From Mustelus asterias (lineage: Eukaryota), in contig NC_135808.1 of the NCBI RefSeq assembly GCF_964213995.1, forward strand, positions 50,964,001-51,028,000: a stretch of 64,000 bases of DNA, in the 5' to 3' direction. The notes beneath the pieces are model-generated. The model was not told the origin of the DNA and ran no database searches. It saw only the letters and a list, made by a program, of their open reading frames with translations. A program made the translations under genes and the position numbers. Every line of letters begins with the position of its first letter. Position 1 is the first letter of the stretch. Below, in pieces: positions 61,800 through 64,000 of the stretch.

Positions 61800-64000
61800 T
61801 GTGGTGGACTTCAGTTGTGCCTTTGTCCTGCCTGGACCACCGTTGTGTGTTTGTTATGCCTAGACACATCCCCTGCCGGCTCGGCTCCTCCCCTTGTCAC
61901 CTAGTATAAAGGTGGCTGTCTCCTCCCCCTTGTTCAGTTCGGGTCGGTTACCTGTTGGGATGTGCTCCTGATTCTGTTATGAATAAAAACCTACAGTTGT
62001 ATTGGCACACAAGTAGTCTTTTGCCTAATTGATAGCGCTTCAATTTTATTCATTACATTTGACCGACATGGAGCAGCTTTTAAAGCCCGACAAGTTAACA
62101 TTGGACCCTCAAGAGGTCGGAGTTTCTGATAAATTTGACCATTGGCTGGACTGCTTTGAAGCATTCATCGACGCTGCTGCGGCCATCGACACCGACGGCG
62201 CTAAGCTCCACGTGCTCCGCGCCCGGGTAAGCGATGCAGTCTACGGTATCTTCCGGGACGCTACTACATACGTGGACGCGATAGAACTCTTAAAAGGGCA
62301 GTTTCGAAAGAGCCCTAACGTGGTCTACGCCAGACATCTCCTGGCTACTCGCAGGCAGCAGCCAGGAGAATCGTGCGCCCAATTTCTGCGCGCCCTGCGG
62401 GTCCTAGCTCGAGCTTGCGACTGTAAGGCTGTTACAGCAGCTCAGAACACGGAGGACCTGATGCGGGACGCCTACGTCGCGGGTACTTACATTCGGCAGC
62501 GCCTGCTTGTACAGGATGGCCTGGATCTCCAGAAAACGGCCACGATGGCTGAATCTCTAGAAGCGGCCTCCCGCAATCTTGGGGCCTACCCTGCACCCCG
62601 TTGCATCGATGGTTCCACCGCGGCGGCTGTTCCAGCAGGGCCCAAATGCTACTTCTGCGGCCTAGCCAAGCACCCTCGGCGTCACTGCCCGGCGAAGGAG
62701 GCGGTCTGCTCCGGATGCGGTAAGCTAGGCCACTTCGTTAAAGTCTGCCTGGTGAAGCCGATCGCGAAACCTCGTGGCGCCGCGTGTGTTCCGCGGGCGC
62801 AGCCATCTTTGATGCAGTCAGTGGCTGCGTGCGAATTGCCATCTTTGATGCAGTCAGCGGATGCGCGCGAATCGCCATCTTTGATGCAGTCAGCAGATGC
62901 GCGGGAATCGCCATCTTTGATACAGTCAGCGGCGCGATAGTTGCCATCTTGGGTGCCGTCATCAAGGCGCGCCGAGCGGGAAACTTCATCCGTGACGTCA
63001 TCAGACGCGGACGAAGATGAATACTTACTGGGTTTGACGGTGGCATCGATTTGCCTGGACCAATCTCAGCCTCACCAACTCTCCAAGTCAATAATGGAGA
63101 TCAAGGTAAATGACCATGCAGAAAACTGCCTGTTCGACTGCGGGAGCACAGAGAGTTTTATACACCCTCGCACAGTGCGTCAATATGCCCTTCCCGTGCG
63201 GCCCTGGAGCCAGACCATCTCCATGGCTTCGGATTCCCACTCAGTGGAGGTCCTCGGGTGCTGTTTGGTGACTCTGACGGTACAGGGCACAGTCTACGAG
63301 CGTTTTCGGCTCCTCGTGCTGCCGCGGCTCTGCGCAGCTGTACTGCTGGGGTTAGATTTCCTCACCCATCATAGAAGCGTCATCCTGCAGTATGATGGCC
63401 GTTATCCCCCGCTCTCCGTCTGCAAGGCGCCGTCACTGCAGCGCCCCTCGCGCACCACCTGCAGTCTCTCGACCCTCAAGATTACCCCCCCCCCCCCTTT
63501 ATTCGATAATTTCACCCCGGATTGCAGGCCTATAGCCACCAAAAGTAGGCGCTATAGTGCGGAAGACCGGGCCTTCATTCGGTCCGAAGTACAACATTTG
63601 CTCAAGGAAGGGATTATCCAGGCCAGCACCAGCCCCTGGAGGGCGCAGGTGGTCATAGTTAAATCGGGGGAGAAACACCGCATGGTGATTGACTACAGCC
63701 AGACCATAAACAGGTATACGCAACTAGATGCGTACCCTCTTCCCCGTATCGCGGACATAGTCAACTGCATCGCGCACTATAGGGTTTTCTCTACGATTGA
63801 TTTAAAATCGGCTTACCACCAGCTCCCTATCCGCTCGGAGGATCGCCCATATACTGCCTTTGAGGCGGACGGTCGCCTCTACCAGTTCCTCCGAGTCCCT
63901 TTTGGTGTTACCAATGGGGTCCCAGTTTTCCAGCGGGCCATGGATCAAATGGTGGACCAGCACGGGCTACGGGCCACTTTCCCGTATCTGGATAATGTCA
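61800..64000 (+). mobile_element. Ty3/gypsy element D (5' LTR 61800-62042, gag from 62068, PR, RT); runs off the window end
   Basis: TGTGGTGG...GCTTCA LTR with TATAAA and AATAAA; MEQLLKPDKLTLDPQ gag, two CCHC knuckles, LFDCGST protease, RT to YLDN; frameshifted. Confidence 0.92.

Overview
Repeat-rich cartilaginous-fish (shark-like) genomic DNA from a cluster-type immunoglobulin light-chain locus. One complete, unrearranged kappa-type (V-12RSS / 23RSS-J) cluster lies on the minus strand: leader 44412-44460, V 43521-43818, J 41943-41977, C 26000-26328. A second, nearly identical C exon on the plus strand (13572-13900) lies tail-to-tail with it; its V/J are not in the window. Most of the rest is nested retroelements: CR1 LINEs (one near full length), Rex1- and L2/Crack-like LINEs, tRNA-derived SINEs, a decayed copia-type element and several Ty3/gypsy elements. 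The most notable observation concerns one gypsy lineage (five internal copies from about four families, plus solo LTRs). It has no tRNA primer-binding site. Instead, the sequence just after each 5' LTR is complementary to that LTR's own AATAAA-containing segment, with compensatory and G-U changes between families. All five copies also have a YLDN rather than YxDD reverse-transcriptase motif. Together these suggest self-priming and/or occlusion of the 5' LTR poly(A) signal. Boundaries of decayed repeats are approximate; no database searches were possible, so novelty is unverified.
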